Counted from the first letter of the stretch, positions 1 through 9,144 are shown. The stretch: DNA of 54,640 nucleotides from a virus (IMGVR_UViG_3300048856_000130:1-54640), one strand, 5' to 3'. A program made the numbers and translations. The notes: a model not told the origin generated them from the letters alone.

Positions 1-1038
1 CTAAAGAGCGGGACTGTGAGCAAGCAGCAGCACATCGCCGCTGTTGATGCGGTCGGCCGCGGTGCGCGCGACCATCAGCGCCCGAGCGCGCTTCGTGTAA
101 TGGCGGACGGTGTCAGGGGTCATCCCGCAGATCGAGCCGATCTGGTCGTCGTTGAGCCCCAACTCCTTCAGATAGCAGGCGGCGTTCTTCCGCAGACCGT
201 GGAAGCTGTACCCGCGCGGGCGCCCGTTGCTCAGGTATGTCGGCGATCCCAGGTCATCCATCAGCCGGCGCACCCGCTCCTGAACAATCTTCGGGTCGCT
301 GAAGGGTTTGCCCGAACGATCGTATAGGATCGTGCCGACGCCGCGAGGCACCTTGTCGATCTCCTCCAGCCACAGCGGGTGCATCGGCACGGCGACGATC
401 GCCTTGTTCTTCGACGCGGTGAATTGCATCGTCCGGCCGTCGTGCCAGTCATGGCGCATGCGGATGACGTCACCGATACGAGCGCCGCTGCACAGGCCGG
501 TGATGAGCGCCAGGCGCAGCATCGGCGACGCGAGCGACAGGGCCCGGGCGAGAATGTCGGCTGGCCACGGCTCATGCTCACCGATCGGCAGCAGCCGCAC
601 GTCCGTCGTCGGGTTGTCTCGGCGCCAGTCGTTCAGGGCAGCATAGGCCATCAGCACCTTGAGGGTCGCCAGCCAGTTGTTCGCCTTGCCCGGTGCGTCC
701 GCATAGGCGTCGCGCATCTTGCGCACGTCGCTCGGCCGGCATGCCTTCACCGATCGGTGCCCGTGCTCGATCGCGATCATGTCGAGATACCGGGTCCGGT
801 TGGCGCGCGTCTTCGGAGACGGGATGGTGCGGAACTCGCCGCTGCCGCGGTAAGCCTCCACCAGCGCCTTGAACGTTCCAGCACCAGCGCGTTCCGGCTT
901 GGCGTCCGGCCGCGACAGCTCGGCATAGGCGAGCGCGAACTGCGGGCTGTCGAGCGGAGGAAGGCGCAGATAGGTGTCCTTCCCGCCGACCTTCCTCCGG
1001 TAATAGAGCCTGTCACCCTTCTGGCACACGCCCTTCAT
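1..1038 (-). CDS. int: Phage tyrosine integrase
   Basis: Start MKGVCQKGDRLYYRR at ATG 1038; catalytic motifs GARIGD, FHGLRKN and TVRHYT. Confidence 0.93.
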   Translation of the reverse strand: MKGVCQKGDRLYYRRKVGGKDTYLRLPPLDSPQFALAYAELSRPDAKPERAGAGTFKALVEAYRGSGEFRTIPSPKTRANRTRYLDMIAIEHGHRSVKACRPSDVRKMRDAYADAPGKANNWLATLKVLMAYAALNDWRRDNPTTDVRLLPIGEHEPWPADILARALSLASPMLRLALITGLCSGARIGDVIRMRHDWHDGRTMQFTASKNKAIVAVPMHPLWLEEIDKVPRGVGTILYDRSGKPFSDPKIVQERVRRLMDDLGSPTYLSNGRPRGYSFHGLRKNAACYLKELGLNDDQIGSICGMTPDTVRHYTKRARALMVARTAADRINSGDVLLLAHSPAL

Positions 1039-1295
1039 CGTAAGTCGGCCCAACTCGCATCCCCTGCATCGCCCGATTCGCCGGCGGACAGGATACCGAA
1101 TTGCGCTTCCACGAAGCGGTCGAGTTGCACCTTCGCCCAAAGCAGCCGTTTTCCCTCTCGGATCGGCTGCGGATAGACCCGCTTCCCTACGCGGTCGCGG
1201 AAGGTCGTCTTCGAAATGCCCAGATAGCTGGCGGCCAGATCCTCGCCCAGGCGCGCGGGCCAATGCGGCAAGGTCGACACGCGTGCGTCCGTCAT
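1035..1295 (-). CDS. xis: Excisionase / AlpA-like HTH protein
   Basis: 86 aa; LAASYLGISKTTF HTH and YPQPIREGKRLLW; overlaps the int start. Confidence 0.85.
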   Translation of the reverse strand: MTDARVSTLPHWPARLGEDLAASYLGISKTTFRDRVGKRVYPQPIREGKRLLWAKVQLDRFVEAQFGILSAGESGDAGDASWADLR

Positions 1296-1423
1296 GGCCG
1301 CTTCCTCTCCCTCTCATGCTTGTTCAAAAGGTTGGCGACCAAGGCGGCCTCAGCGGGCCCGGTCGTATCCGCGTAGTGCTTGCCGTCGCGCAGGACCTGC
1401 TTGCCGGTCGAGGTGTAGGTCAT
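1292..1423 (-). CDS. Small hypothetical protein (43 aa, MTYTSTGKQVLRDGKHYAD...)
   Basis: Read manually; ATGA-coupled to both neighbours. Confidence 0.6.
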   Translation of the reverse strand: MTYTSTGKQVLRDGKHYADTTGPAEAALVANLLNKHERERKRP

Positions 1424-1998
1424 GGCAGCGGCTCCTGGGCCGCAGTGATGGCCGAATACTGATCGATGGCATCCTGTTCGGGGATAGCGATCTCGTCAGG
1501 ATTGCCTTTGCGGACATGCCACCCGCCATCTCGGGTGCCAGCGATGCTCAGCGCATCATCTCGGCTGTAACGACCAGCGCGCGTGATATACCTGGTGTAC
1601 CCGCGGTGATCTGGTCCCCACCACGCCTGGTGCTCATTCGACCAGACGAGATACCGCCCCGCCTGCTGCTCACCTCGCGGCTGCATCGCGGCGAGCGCTG
1701 CGCGAGCATAATGTTCGCACCGCAACCGCTGCTGGGTAGTTCCCAAGAACGGCAGGTCATCACAGAAGGGATCATCTTCTAGTGCCTGCGCCACCCGCTC
1801 CACCGCATCCTCTGCCGGCGCGGGGCGGGCGGCGACCGATTGCAGCCGGCGCACTTCTGCCACTCGCTGCACCATGTGGTCGCCGTCATAGAGCCCGCGC
1901 CGGATGTGCTCGCACGTTAGTTCACTGAGGATGCCGGAAACGATGTCAGCAGCCGCCTCGCGATCGCACTGCTCCACCTTCACTTCGTCATTTGCCAT
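1420..1998 (-). CDS. Hypothetical phage protein
   Basis: Start MANDEVKVEQ; C-terminal YLVWSNEHQAWW...GYT...AGRYS module; coupled in operon. Confidence 0.7.
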   Translation of the reverse strand: MANDEVKVEQCDREAAADIVSGILSELTCEHIRRGLYDGDHMVQRVAEVRRLQSVAARPAPAEDAVERVAQALEDDPFCDDLPFLGTTQQRLRCEHYARAALAAMQPRGEQQAGRYLVWSNEHQAWWGPDHRGYTRYITRAGRYSRDDALSIAGTRDGGWHVRKGNPDEIAIPEQDAIDQYSAITAAQEPLP

Positions 1999-2227
1999 GG
2001 TCGGTGTCCTGGTTGAGGAGGTGGGCGCGAACCAGATGGCCCCTAAGAGTGAGCGCCAGAACCTTGCGGCCGAAGAACAGCCAACGGGGCCGGTAATCCA
2101 GCAGGCCGGCTGCAATTAGATTCGCTCTGGCAAGTCCAAGCTCAAGCGTCGGCTCACCACTCGGATGGGAAAGCAGCGCACTCCTTCGCGCCTTCGTCAG
2201 CCGCCCCGAGATCTCTGCCACGTCCAT
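1988..2227 (-). CDS. Hypothetical protein
   Basis: MDVAEISGRLTK; fills the operon slot. Confidence 0.6.
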   Translation of the reverse strand: MDVAEISGRLTKARRSALLSHPSGEPTLELGLARANLIAAGLLDYRPRWLFFGRKVLALTLRGHLVRAHLLNQDTDHGK

Positions 2228-2229
2228 TC

Positions 2230-2850
2230 TCACGCTCCTTCGGCCGAGAGGGCAGCGCGAAGAACCTTTTCCGCCCACAAGCGGCCGGTCATCGTTGCGC
2301 ACGGATCGCGAACCTCACGGAAAGCAGCTTCCGCCTCCCCGCCCGCGTCTGCGGGGGCTGGGGATGCGGACAGCATGTAGGCCCATGCCGTGCGCAGAAT
2401 ATCTTGTTGCTCGCTCTCCTCAGCGTCGTTCGCGTAAAGGCATGTGTCGGTATACGCCTTTATCATGCCGTCGGTTGGCTTCATCGGCACCAACTTCCAC
2501 CCGCCCGCGTCTGCGGGGGCTGGCGGGGGTGCGGCGAGCATGGCGGACCAGACTTGTCGAAGGCCGGCTCCTTCATCACACGCGGCATGGGCGCGGGTCA
2601 TCATCGCCTCAGTCGGCACCACCGGCACCAGCTTCCAGCCCTCCCCCACCCCTGCGCGGTAGGTTTCGAGAAGGGCGTCAGCGACACGCTTCCATGCCGT
2701 CATCGTGGCATCGCAGTTCTTTGCGCGCAGATCGGCAGGCAGTTGCTCCGGCTTGACGTTCAGCCACGCAGCAAGCGCGACCAGTTCGAGCGGCGGTCTT
2801 TGCTCCCGCATCGCGTTCGTGTCGGCGGCGGGGGTTGCGAGCGCGGTCAT
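2230..2850 (-). CDS. Modular early protein with two WKLVP-x-x-PT...W-x-x-ML repeats (Eaa-like)
   Basis: Internal tandem module; 24-bp DNA repeat at 2338-2361 and 2500-2523. Confidence 0.7.
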   Translation of the reverse strand: MTALATPAADTNAMREQRPPLELVALAAWLNVKPEQLPADLRAKNCDATMTAWKRVADALLETYRAGVGEGWKLVPVVPTEAMMTRAHAACDEGAGLRQVWSAMLAAPPPAPADAGGWKLVPMKPTDGMIKAYTDTCLYANDAEESEQQDILRTAWAYMLSASPAPADAGGEAEAAFREVRDPCATMTGRLWAEKVLRAALSAEGA

Positions 2851-3131
2851 GCGGGCACCTGGGGGTTTGCCAATTCCAGCAGCACATCGGCGTGGCAAGC
2901 AGCATCGAGGCGACACCAGCAGGCGAGGTTCTTGCCGCGCAACTCGGCGACGCGGTCCATGAAGAAGGCCCGGTCGGCGTTGCTCATTCCGGCGATGTCA
3001 CGCTCATAATCGGCACGCGTTGAGCCGGCGTAGTTGCCGTAGGGGCTCGGGCGGCTCACCTTCACGGTGTTGGCGGGCATCCTCCATCCCTTCTTCCGGG
3101 ACAGCTGAACGCGGTGCGGCTGCTGCGTCAT
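2847..3131 (-). CDS. DUF4326 family protein
   Basis: RVQLSRKKGWRMP, VSRPSPYGN, LRGKNLACWC...CHADVLLELAN. Confidence 0.85.
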   Translation of the reverse strand: MTQQPHRVQLSRKKGWRMPANTVKVSRPSPYGNYAGSTRADYERDIAGMSNADRAFFMDRVAELRGKNLACWCRLDAACHADVLLELANPQVPA

Positions 3132-3841
3132 TCCGCGTCCTCCGTGCCGGGGAACTGGTCGCCGAAGTCGGGATCGTCGCGGCCTTCGGGTTCGAACACA
3201 GGCCCGCCGGAAAGCTCGTCCAGGCGCTTGGCGTAGGCAGCCTTCACCTTGGCGTGCAGCTCGGGATTGGTGCCGGCGAGCTTGTCCATCGACTTCTTGC
3301 CCGCGTTCTGGACCGATGCCAGGCGCTCAAGGTCTGCGGCCCCGGTGACGAACGCGATGTGATCGGTTGCCCACTGGTCGGCGGTCATCGGCTCTGATCG
3401 GCCGCGCTGGCCGGACGGCTGCTGAGAGCGCTCATCAGCTTTGAGCGGGTAGATCTTGTGCGCGGCCTTCTTTCCGCGCGTCGAGTTGGCCGCGACGATC
3501 TTCTCGCGCTCCATGTGCGACATATGGCTGACGCGGATGCCCCCAACCTGCATCCCGCCGAATGCGACCTTGTCATCCCGGTAGATCGTCATCGCGCGGC
3601 CGACGTACTGCGATGCGTCTGAACCCCAGACGGCGACCATGATGCGGCGGACGGTCTTGCACGGCTTGAACGGCTTGTTGTCGTCACCCTCGAAATGGAT
3701 GCTGATCGGCTGCTCGGCGCTGTCAGTGTTCGCGCGTACACCGGTGATGGTGATCGTGCGCGGTCCACCGGCAAGCTCATCAGCATTGAGCTGGTCGCTC
3801 TTCGCCGCGATGAACGCGGACATATCGATAGGGCTGTTCAT
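3128..3841 (-). CDS. Conserved phage protein partnered with YqaJ (putative ssDNA-binding/annealing protein)
   Basis: KSDQLNADEL-GGPRTITIT N-terminus, acidic C-terminal tail, coupled to the exonuclease gene. Confidence 0.6.
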   Translation of the reverse strand: MNSPIDMSAFIAAKSDQLNADELAGGPRTITITGVRANTDSAEQPISIHFEGDDNKPFKPCKTVRRIMVAVWGSDASQYVGRAMTIYRDDKVAFGGMQVGGIRVSHMSHMEREKIVAANSTRGKKAAHKIYPLKADERSQQPSGQRGRSEPMTADQWATDHIAFVTGAADLERLASVQNAGKKSMDKLAGTNPELHAKVKAAYAKRLDELSGGPVFEPEGRDDPDFGDQFPGTEDAE

Positions 3842-4614
3842 AGCGTCATCTCCTGTTCGACCCGACGCTCGGTCGGGATCAGCTTGGGCATTGCCGCCAA
3901 GGTCGCGCGGTACTCGCGCTCCCTCTCCACAAGGCGGGCTTCAAAGGCGGTGGCGGCGGCGACGATCGCGCCCTGGATCAGCGGATCCGGTTCGACGCGC
4001 TTGACGAACATCGGGAGGCCGCCGCTGTAGGATACGAAGTCGATCCACTTGCGGCCGGTGACGAGCAGCCCGGTTTGCAGCTGAAGGATGTATTCCTCCG
4101 GCACCCGGTCCTCGGCGATCGTCTGCACCTGGAACTTGCCCCGGCGCGACTTGCACTCGATCAGCCCATCATCGCCAACGAGACCGTCCGGCGAATAGCC
4201 GATCGTGAAGCCCCACTGGTCGTTCGTGATGAACCCGACCTCGGTCACCGGCGCATGGTGCTTGCTGTACTGCATGCGCGCCTCGATCTCGTCGTCGTGA
4301 CCGCGGAGCATGTCGTCAGAGATGTAGTGCGGCTCGACAAAGCCGGTCACGCGCTGGAACAGGATCTCCCATTCGTGCGCGCGGGCGTCACCGTTGGCCG
4401 CCTGCTTGAGCGTCTTGGCCGTCAGGATCTTCTTCATTTCGCTGGCGGTGAGAATGCCTAGACGCTGGGCCAACCATGCGTCTGAACCTTGAATAAGGTC
4501 GCGGTGATAGGTGATGTGCGGGTTGGGCCCGGCTGCCGTTGGCGCCAGCTTGGGCGCCTCCGGCTCGTCGGTAGCGTCCGGCTCGCGGAAATCGAAGTCG
4601 AATGGGTTATCCAT
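3838..4614 (-). CDS. YqaJ / lambda-exonuclease family protein
   Basis: QGSDAWLAQRLG.LTASE, SPDGL, IECK, QLQ motifs. Confidence 0.92.
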   Translation of the reverse strand: MDNPFDFDFREPDATDEPEAPKLAPTAAGPNPHITYHRDLIQGSDAWLAQRLGILTASEMKKILTAKTLKQAANGDARAHEWEILFQRVTGFVEPHYISDDMLRGHDDEIEARMQYSKHHAPVTEVGFITNDQWGFTIGYSPDGLVGDDGLIECKSRRGKFQVQTIAEDRVPEEYILQLQTGLLVTGRKWIDFVSYSGGLPMFVKRVEPDPLIQGAIVAAATAFEARLVEREREYRATLAAMPKLIPTERRVEQEMTL

Positions 4615-4617
4615 CGC

Positions 4618-5751
4618 TCAGAACCTCAGCGTGACGTTGGGGACTTCGCCGCTGCGGATCAGCAGGACGATCTTCTTCGCGGCCTCCTCATCGACGCCGC
4701 AGGTCATGATCGCCTCCTTGGCGGCCTTCATGACGGCGCTGCGGTGCTTCTGGTCGGCCTCACGCTTGGCCTGCTCGGCTGCGATGCGATCAGCCTCGGC
4801 CTTACGATCCGCCTCTTCCTTGGCGATCCGGTCCCGCTCTGCCTGTGCGGTGCGTTCGGCTTCTTCGGCACGACGGCGCTCGGCAGCCAGCGCTTCGGCA
4901 TGCTCCTTCTCGCGGCGCTCCTGCTCGGCACGGGCAGCCTCTTCGGCTGCCCGCTTGGCGCGCGCTTCCGCTTCCTGTTCGATCCGTGCCAGGCGCTCGG
5001 CTTCGGCCTTCTCTGCGGCGACCCGGCGCTCTTCGGCAAGGCGTGCTTCCGCAGCATCGCGAGCCTTGCGCTCTTCCTCAGCACGGCGCTCGGCGTCGAT
5101 CCGCTCGCGCTCTGCCGCCTCAGCGCGCAGACGCTCCAGTTCGGCGCGGTCAGCCTCTTCCTTCGTCAGCCGGGCCAGCGCGGTCTTGAGGATGTCGACG
5201 GTCTGCGCCTTCGCGGCCTCAGCCTCCGGGAGCATGTCGCCGAACTGCTCGGCATCCAGCACCGTGTTCCAAGCGACCGAACCGCGCTCGCGGATCACCG
5301 ACGCGGTGTCGTCCATGTCGACGCGCGCCATAGCCTTGAGGCCTTCGATGATGGCGCGGCAATGCTCGACCCGCGCCTTCTCGGCTTCTTCCCACTCGGT
5401 CAGCGGGCGGCGAACGTCATCGGCCATGCGATCCAGTTCTTCGCGGGCAACACGGCGGGCGGCATCCACGACGCCGATCTTCGCGCGCGCTTCCTCGTTC
5501 AGCTGCTTGCCGGCAGCGTCGATCGCGGTCTTGGTGCGGGTGATCTTGTAGGCGAGCGACTTGATCGCATCCCGCCCCTTGTTCGTGGACAGGTCCGGCT
5601 CGAACGCCTCCACCTCGCGGCGGATATGGGCGAACAGCTCGTCCCGCTTCTGCTCATCCAGGAGGACGACAACGGGGGTCTGGGCGACCACGGCGACGAT
5701 GTCCGTCGTGGCGGCATTGGACAGCGGCAATTCAGCGACGGCAGTAGCCAT
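4618..5751 (-). CDS. Coiled-coil phage protein (A/E/R-rich, often mis-annotated as TolA-like)
   Basis: DLSTNKGRDAIKSLAYKITRTKT motif, long EAER-rich coil. Confidence 0.85.
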   Translation of the reverse strand: MATAVAELPLSNAATTDIVAVVAQTPVVVLLDEQKRDELFAHIRREVEAFEPDLSTNKGRDAIKSLAYKITRTKTAIDAAGKQLNEEARAKIGVVDAARRVAREELDRMADDVRRPLTEWEEAEKARVEHCRAIIEGLKAMARVDMDDTASVIRERGSVAWNTVLDAEQFGDMLPEAEAAKAQTVDILKTALARLTKEEADRAELERLRAEAAERERIDAERRAEEERKARDAAEARLAEERRVAAEKAEAERLARIEQEAEARAKRAAEEAARAEQERREKEHAEALAAERRRAEEAERTAQAERDRIAKEEADRKAEADRIAAEQAKREADQKHRSAVMKAAKEAIMTCGVDEEAAKKIVLLIRSGEVPNVTLRF

Positions 5752-5791
5752 GGTCGTCCTTTCGATTGATGATTTGCGGTTGGCGGCTGAG

Positions 5792-6031
5792 TTACCCACG
5801 CCGCGCCTCCCGCCATTCGCGAACCCAGAGCGTGACGGCGACGGCGAGTGCTGCGGTGGCGAAAACGATCACCTGCTGGTCTCCGGCGCCGAACCCCATT
5901 GCGTAGCCGATACCGGACAGCAGCAACCAAAGCGGCCAGTCGCTGCACCAGCGTTCCGCGCGGCTCAGCTTCGGCTCGGTCTCGCGGGCTTCGCGCTTGA
6001 TCCACTGCGCGCGGGTGTTGGGGGCGCTCAT
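5792..6031 (-). CDS. Small membrane protein
   Basis: Two hydrophobic segments; 79 aa. Confidence 0.65.
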   Translation of the reverse strand: MSAPNTRAQWIKREARETEPKLSRAERWCSDWPLWLLLSGIGYAMGFGAGDQQVIVFATAALAVAVTLWVREWREARRG

Positions 6032-6516
6032 GCGGTGGCTCCCGTTTCGAGGGCGGCTAGGGCGCGGAGATTGGCGGCCATAAGAGCAAGCGCGGGGGTG
6101 GCGGCGGTTGCTTCTGCGCGTCCGTCTTTGCCGCCGTGCCCCCAGAACATGCTGCCTCCCCTCCGATTGATGGAGGTGCCCACCAACATGGCGGTCGACT
6201 GAGGTCCGCCCTTGTTCGAGGCCTCATCCGGCGAGGCTGGCCACATGCTGAGCCGGTCGACGGCCCAGCCTTCCGGCACCAGCGTCATCGCGGCGTCGAG
6301 CGAGGCGGTGTAGGCGGGCGCCTGGTGACTCTTGTCATCGCTGGTGCGGTACCAACCGGGCAGGTGCGCGAACACGCTCTGCGGAGACGGCCTAACAACC
6401 CAAGCGCCCGCATCTCCCGACACCGCGACGGCGATCTCCGCGTCCAGATCGCGATCCGGCCCGCTCAGCGCCTCGACCCGCGCCGCCAGCGCCAGCAGTT
6501 CCTCTGCGCGCGTCAT
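6028..6516 (-). CDS. Phage ABA-sandwich-like domain protein
   Basis: GPDRDLDAEIA...PAYTASLDAAMTLVPEGW...ATPALAL. Confidence 0.7.
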   Translation of the reverse strand: MTRAEELLALAARVEALSGPDRDLDAEIAVAVSGDAGAWVVRPSPQSVFAHLPGWYRTSDDKSHQAPAYTASLDAAMTLVPEGWAVDRLSMWPASPDEASNKGGPQSTAMLVGTSINRRGGSMFWGHGGKDGRAEATAATPALALMAANLRALAALETGATA

Positions 6517-6740
6517 GCTGCACCGCCAGTGGCTGCGGCGATGGCTGCGCGGGTGGTTGGCGTGTGGATCACGAAACCCGGATGGTTCGGCTTGTCGCGG
6601 ATCAGGCCCGCGTTGATGAGCCGCTTCTCGCGTGCTTTCGGCACAAAGCGACAATCACCATGGCCGAGTTCGACCCCGCCACCGTTGCTGTTGAGCACCT
6701 CCTGGAGGAAGGCGGCGTCACCACGCTTGAGCCCACTCAT
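6513..6740 (-). CDS. Hypothetical protein
   Basis: MSGLKRGD; ATGA coupling. Confidence 0.6.
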   Translation of the reverse strand: MSGLKRGDAAFLQEVLNSNGGGVELGHGDCRFVPKAREKRLINAGLIRDKPNHPGFVIHTPTTRAAIAAATGGAA

Positions 6741-6925
6741 GCCTGAATTCCTTTTCCCATCGGCGCGAACCAAGCCTTGCCGATCAGTGCCAAGTCGATT
6801 TCCATGCGGGCCTGCTGGACGGTCGCGGCGACGCGCGGGCTATCCGCCCGGGACTGCGCGAAGGCGCAGCCTCCCGCGTCGTCCACCTCGATCTCGAAGC
6901 CGCGATAGTGGATGGTCTGGGTCAC
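6737..6925 (-). CDS. Hypothetical protein
   Basis: GTG start, IHYRGFEI; coupled. Confidence 0.6.
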   Translation of the reverse strand: MTQTIHYRGFEIEVDDAGGCAFAQSRADSPRVAATVQQARMEIDLALIGKAWFAPMGKGIQA

Positions 6926-7455
6926 AGTCCGACCCCCATCGCCTGAAGCGCCGCCTCGACGGTCGGCATGTCGCGGTCGATTTCCTCGTACCGGTCGCGG
7001 TATTCCTCGATGCGCGGGTCCGAGCGGTACGAGTTGTAGTAGACCGCCTTGCCCTCAGCCTTGAGCTGGTCGCAGATCGCTTGCTCGCGGATCTCGCCAA
7101 GCGCTCCCCACAGGCTGTCCGCCACGCAAGCTCCATGCGTCGGGCGCACAACCTCCGCGAGGTGCTTGCCCCGGTTCCACGAGTTGAACTCCAGGCTGTA
7201 CCGGCGCTCGACGCGGCCAAGCTGGCTCGCAGCCTCGCTCACCTTCGACGACATGCCCGGCAGCTTCGCCATCAACTCAAGCCGATCGTGCGCGGCGTTG
7301 AGTTCGCTCAGCATGATCAGGATGCCGAGCGGTCCCGGCTGCTGGAACCACTCGTTGCCCGTTGCGCCGTCCTCGCGCTCGCAACGGGTGGGGGCGCCGG
7401 CTGCCAGCAGGGGGGGCTTGCTGGCCGAGGACACGGCGGGGGTGAAGGCGTTCAT
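6922..7455 (-). CDS. Hypothetical protein
   Basis: MNAFTPAVSS; coupled. Confidence 0.6.
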   Translation of the reverse strand: MNAFTPAVSSASKPPLLAAGAPTRCEREDGATGNEWFQQPGPLGILIMLSELNAAHDRLELMAKLPGMSSKVSEAASQLGRVERRYSLEFNSWNRGKHLAEVVRPTHGACVADSLWGALGEIREQAICDQLKAEGKAVYYNSYRSDPRIEEYRDRYEEIDRDMPTVEAALQAMGVGL

Positions 7456-7955
7456 GACCGGCGCGCCGAAGAGGGCGCGGCAGGGAGCGGCATCCAGTGG
7501 GTGGCGCCAAGGAGCGGAAACGAGGCGTATCCGTGGACACCCTTGAAGCCTTGGGTCGGCACCATCCAACCGGAGGCGGTAAGGTAGGCGACATGCGCCC
7601 ACGCGATCTCCGGCTCGCCGTCAGGCTCACCGTCTTCATCGCGCGGCTGCCGGATGCTGGCGATCAGGTACGACCCGATGGTGCGAAGCCCATCCTTCGG
7701 AGCAGTCTCGATCGGCTGCCACACCCCCCCCCGCCCCGGCGCTTCGTTGCTGGCGGGCTCGGGGGATGCGGGGGCGGCTGCGAGGGCGGCGGATGCGAGC
7801 ATCGCGTGCCAGACGGCTTGCGTTCGTGGGTAGAGCCCCTTCTTAGACGTGAAGTCGTTCTGCGCCGCGGCACCACCTCGCAGCATCGCTTCGGTCGGCT
7901 CCCGCGGCACCAGCACGAAGTCGTTGCTGGCGGGGGGAGTGTTGGGGGCGCTCAT
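7452..7955 (-). CDS. DUF551-like modular protein
   Basis: LVPREPTEAM module plus WQPIETAPKDG...THWMPLP. Confidence 0.75.
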   Translation of the reverse strand: MSAPNTPPASNDFVLVPREPTEAMLRGGAAAQNDFTSKKGLYPRTQAVWHAMLASAALAAAPASPEPASNEAPGRGGVWQPIETAPKDGLRTIGSYLIASIRQPRDEDGEPDGEPEIAWAHVAYLTASGWMVPTQGFKGVHGYASFPLLGATHWMPLPAAPSSARRS

Positions 7956-8311
7956 GCGCGAACACTCCGGCCGACACCGCGCCGGCTGCCGTCGGGAGCT
8001 TCGGGGCCCCAATCAGTGAAGCGGCGAATTTCACGGCTGTGAGCGCGAGTGACCTCGCCCTTGCGGAAGTCTGCATCGATCAGTGGATGGTCGCTGTCCA
8101 TCGAGCCGCCGAACAGGGCAAACTCAACTCCCTCCTCAACCTCTTGCTCGCTGGCGTCCTTCGGAAGGTAGAACTGAACCTCAACTACCCAGAGCTGACC
8201 TTCATAGACCGTTTGGGCGTTCGGATCGTCGTAGCGGAACTCGGTCCGCACCTCCGCTACCGTCTTTTCCTGCTGCGTCCCCATCGGGCTCGCCTGCGAA
8301 GCGCGGGTCAT
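7952..8311 (-). CDS. Hypothetical protein (acidic)
   Basis: ATGA-coupled; N-terminus duplicated with the upstream gene. Confidence 0.65.
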   Translation of the reverse strand: MTRASQASPMGTQQEKTVAEVRTEFRYDDPNAQTVYEGQLWVVEVQFYLPKDASEQEVEEGVEFALFGGSMDSDHPLIDADFRKGEVTRAHSREIRRFTDWGPEAPDGSRRGVGRSVRA

Positions 8312-8628
8312 GCCGACACCTGCGGGGCTGCAACCGAGACACCGAGGGAAGCGGCGATGGCGGCACGCGCCTCTGCAAGCACCTTGCTCTGGCGGTCAGT
8401 GAGCGGTGGGCTGGCAACCGCCAGCAGCGCGATCAGAGACTTGCGCAGACGCGGCGCCGTGCAAACCAGGGCGGCGTTGTCACCGTAGACGTGCGCGACC
8501 AGATCGCCAGCTCGGCCATCCTCGTTGGTCTCGTGAATGCTTTCGTATCCGAAGCCGTCCGTGACGACCTGCCAGACGTCAGACTGGTACTCGCCAGTGC
8601 CTACCGTCTTTTCCTGAACCTGGCCCAT
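8308..8628 (-). CDS. First gene of the leftward early operon, hypothetical
   Basis: GGGAG RBS before ATG 8628, downstream of PL. Confidence 0.65.
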   Translation of the reverse strand: MGQVQEKTVGTGEYQSDVWQVVTDGFGYESIHETNEDGRAGDLVAHVYGDNAALVCTAPRLRKSLIALLAVASPPLTDRQSKVLAEARAAIAASLGVSVAAPQVSA

Positions 8629-8675
8629 CGGGCTCGCTCCCACCTGCGCCGAGGGATGCTCGGCTGATGGGGAGT

Positions 8676-8730
8676 GTTATGTGCCCCTCTTGGGCATATG
8701 TCAATGTCCTGTATGCCCTATGTGGGCATA
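8676..8730 (-). promoter_or_regulatory. PL promoter with two repressor operators (OL)
   Basis: TTGACA-17-CATAAC on the minus strand; TGCCC-N5-GGGCA at 8682-8696 and 8714-8728. Confidence 0.8.
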
Positions 8731-8735
8731 TTTAT

Positions 8736-9143
8736 TTAATCAGGCCATTCCTCGTCCGGAAACCACTCTGGCTCCGGATCGGCGACAACGGTTCGGTCCT
8801 CAGGCTCCGGTTTCCTCTTCGCCGGGAGCACGGGCACTTCCCCACCGAACGCGGCGCGAACGACGGCTCCGTAGTCGGTCAGTTCCTGAAAGATGCAGCG
8901 CACTTCCTGGCCCGACCTGATCAGGCCGCCAACGAAGGGTGCGCGTTCAGCGGTGAGATAGCCGATCTGGATACCGCGGCAGCTGAACACGGCGATCGCG
9001 TTCTGGTCTACGGGGTTGTCGGGCTCAGGTAGGAGATGGATCAGCTCGCCCGGCGTGCAAAGGGCGAGTTCGAAGCGCCGCGATGGCCCGCGCTTGTTCG
9101 GGTAGTGCGCCCCGACGACGGCTAACGACAATCCCGCGATCAC
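8736..9143 (-). CDS. Stand-alone HIRAN domain protein
   Basis: AVVGAHY...L.PEPDNPVDQNAIAV...QIGYL HIRAN signature. Confidence 0.88.
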   Translation of the reverse strand: MIAGLSLAVVGAHYPNKRGPSRRFELALCTPGELIHLLPEPDNPVDQNAIAVFSCRGIQIGYLTAERAPFVGGLIRSGQEVRCIFQELTDYGAVVRAAFGGEVPVLPAKRKPEPEDRTVVADPEPEWFPDEEWPD

Positions 9144-9144
9144 G

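Noticed and set aside
1039-1317. N-terminal extension of the integrase in the 438-aa ORF call
   Set aside because: It overlaps xis entirely; ATG 1038, coupled to the xis stop, is the more plausible start.
4618-5751. TolA cell-envelope protein
   Set aside because: Similarity is only low-complexity A/E/R/K coil; no TM anchor; phage early-region context.
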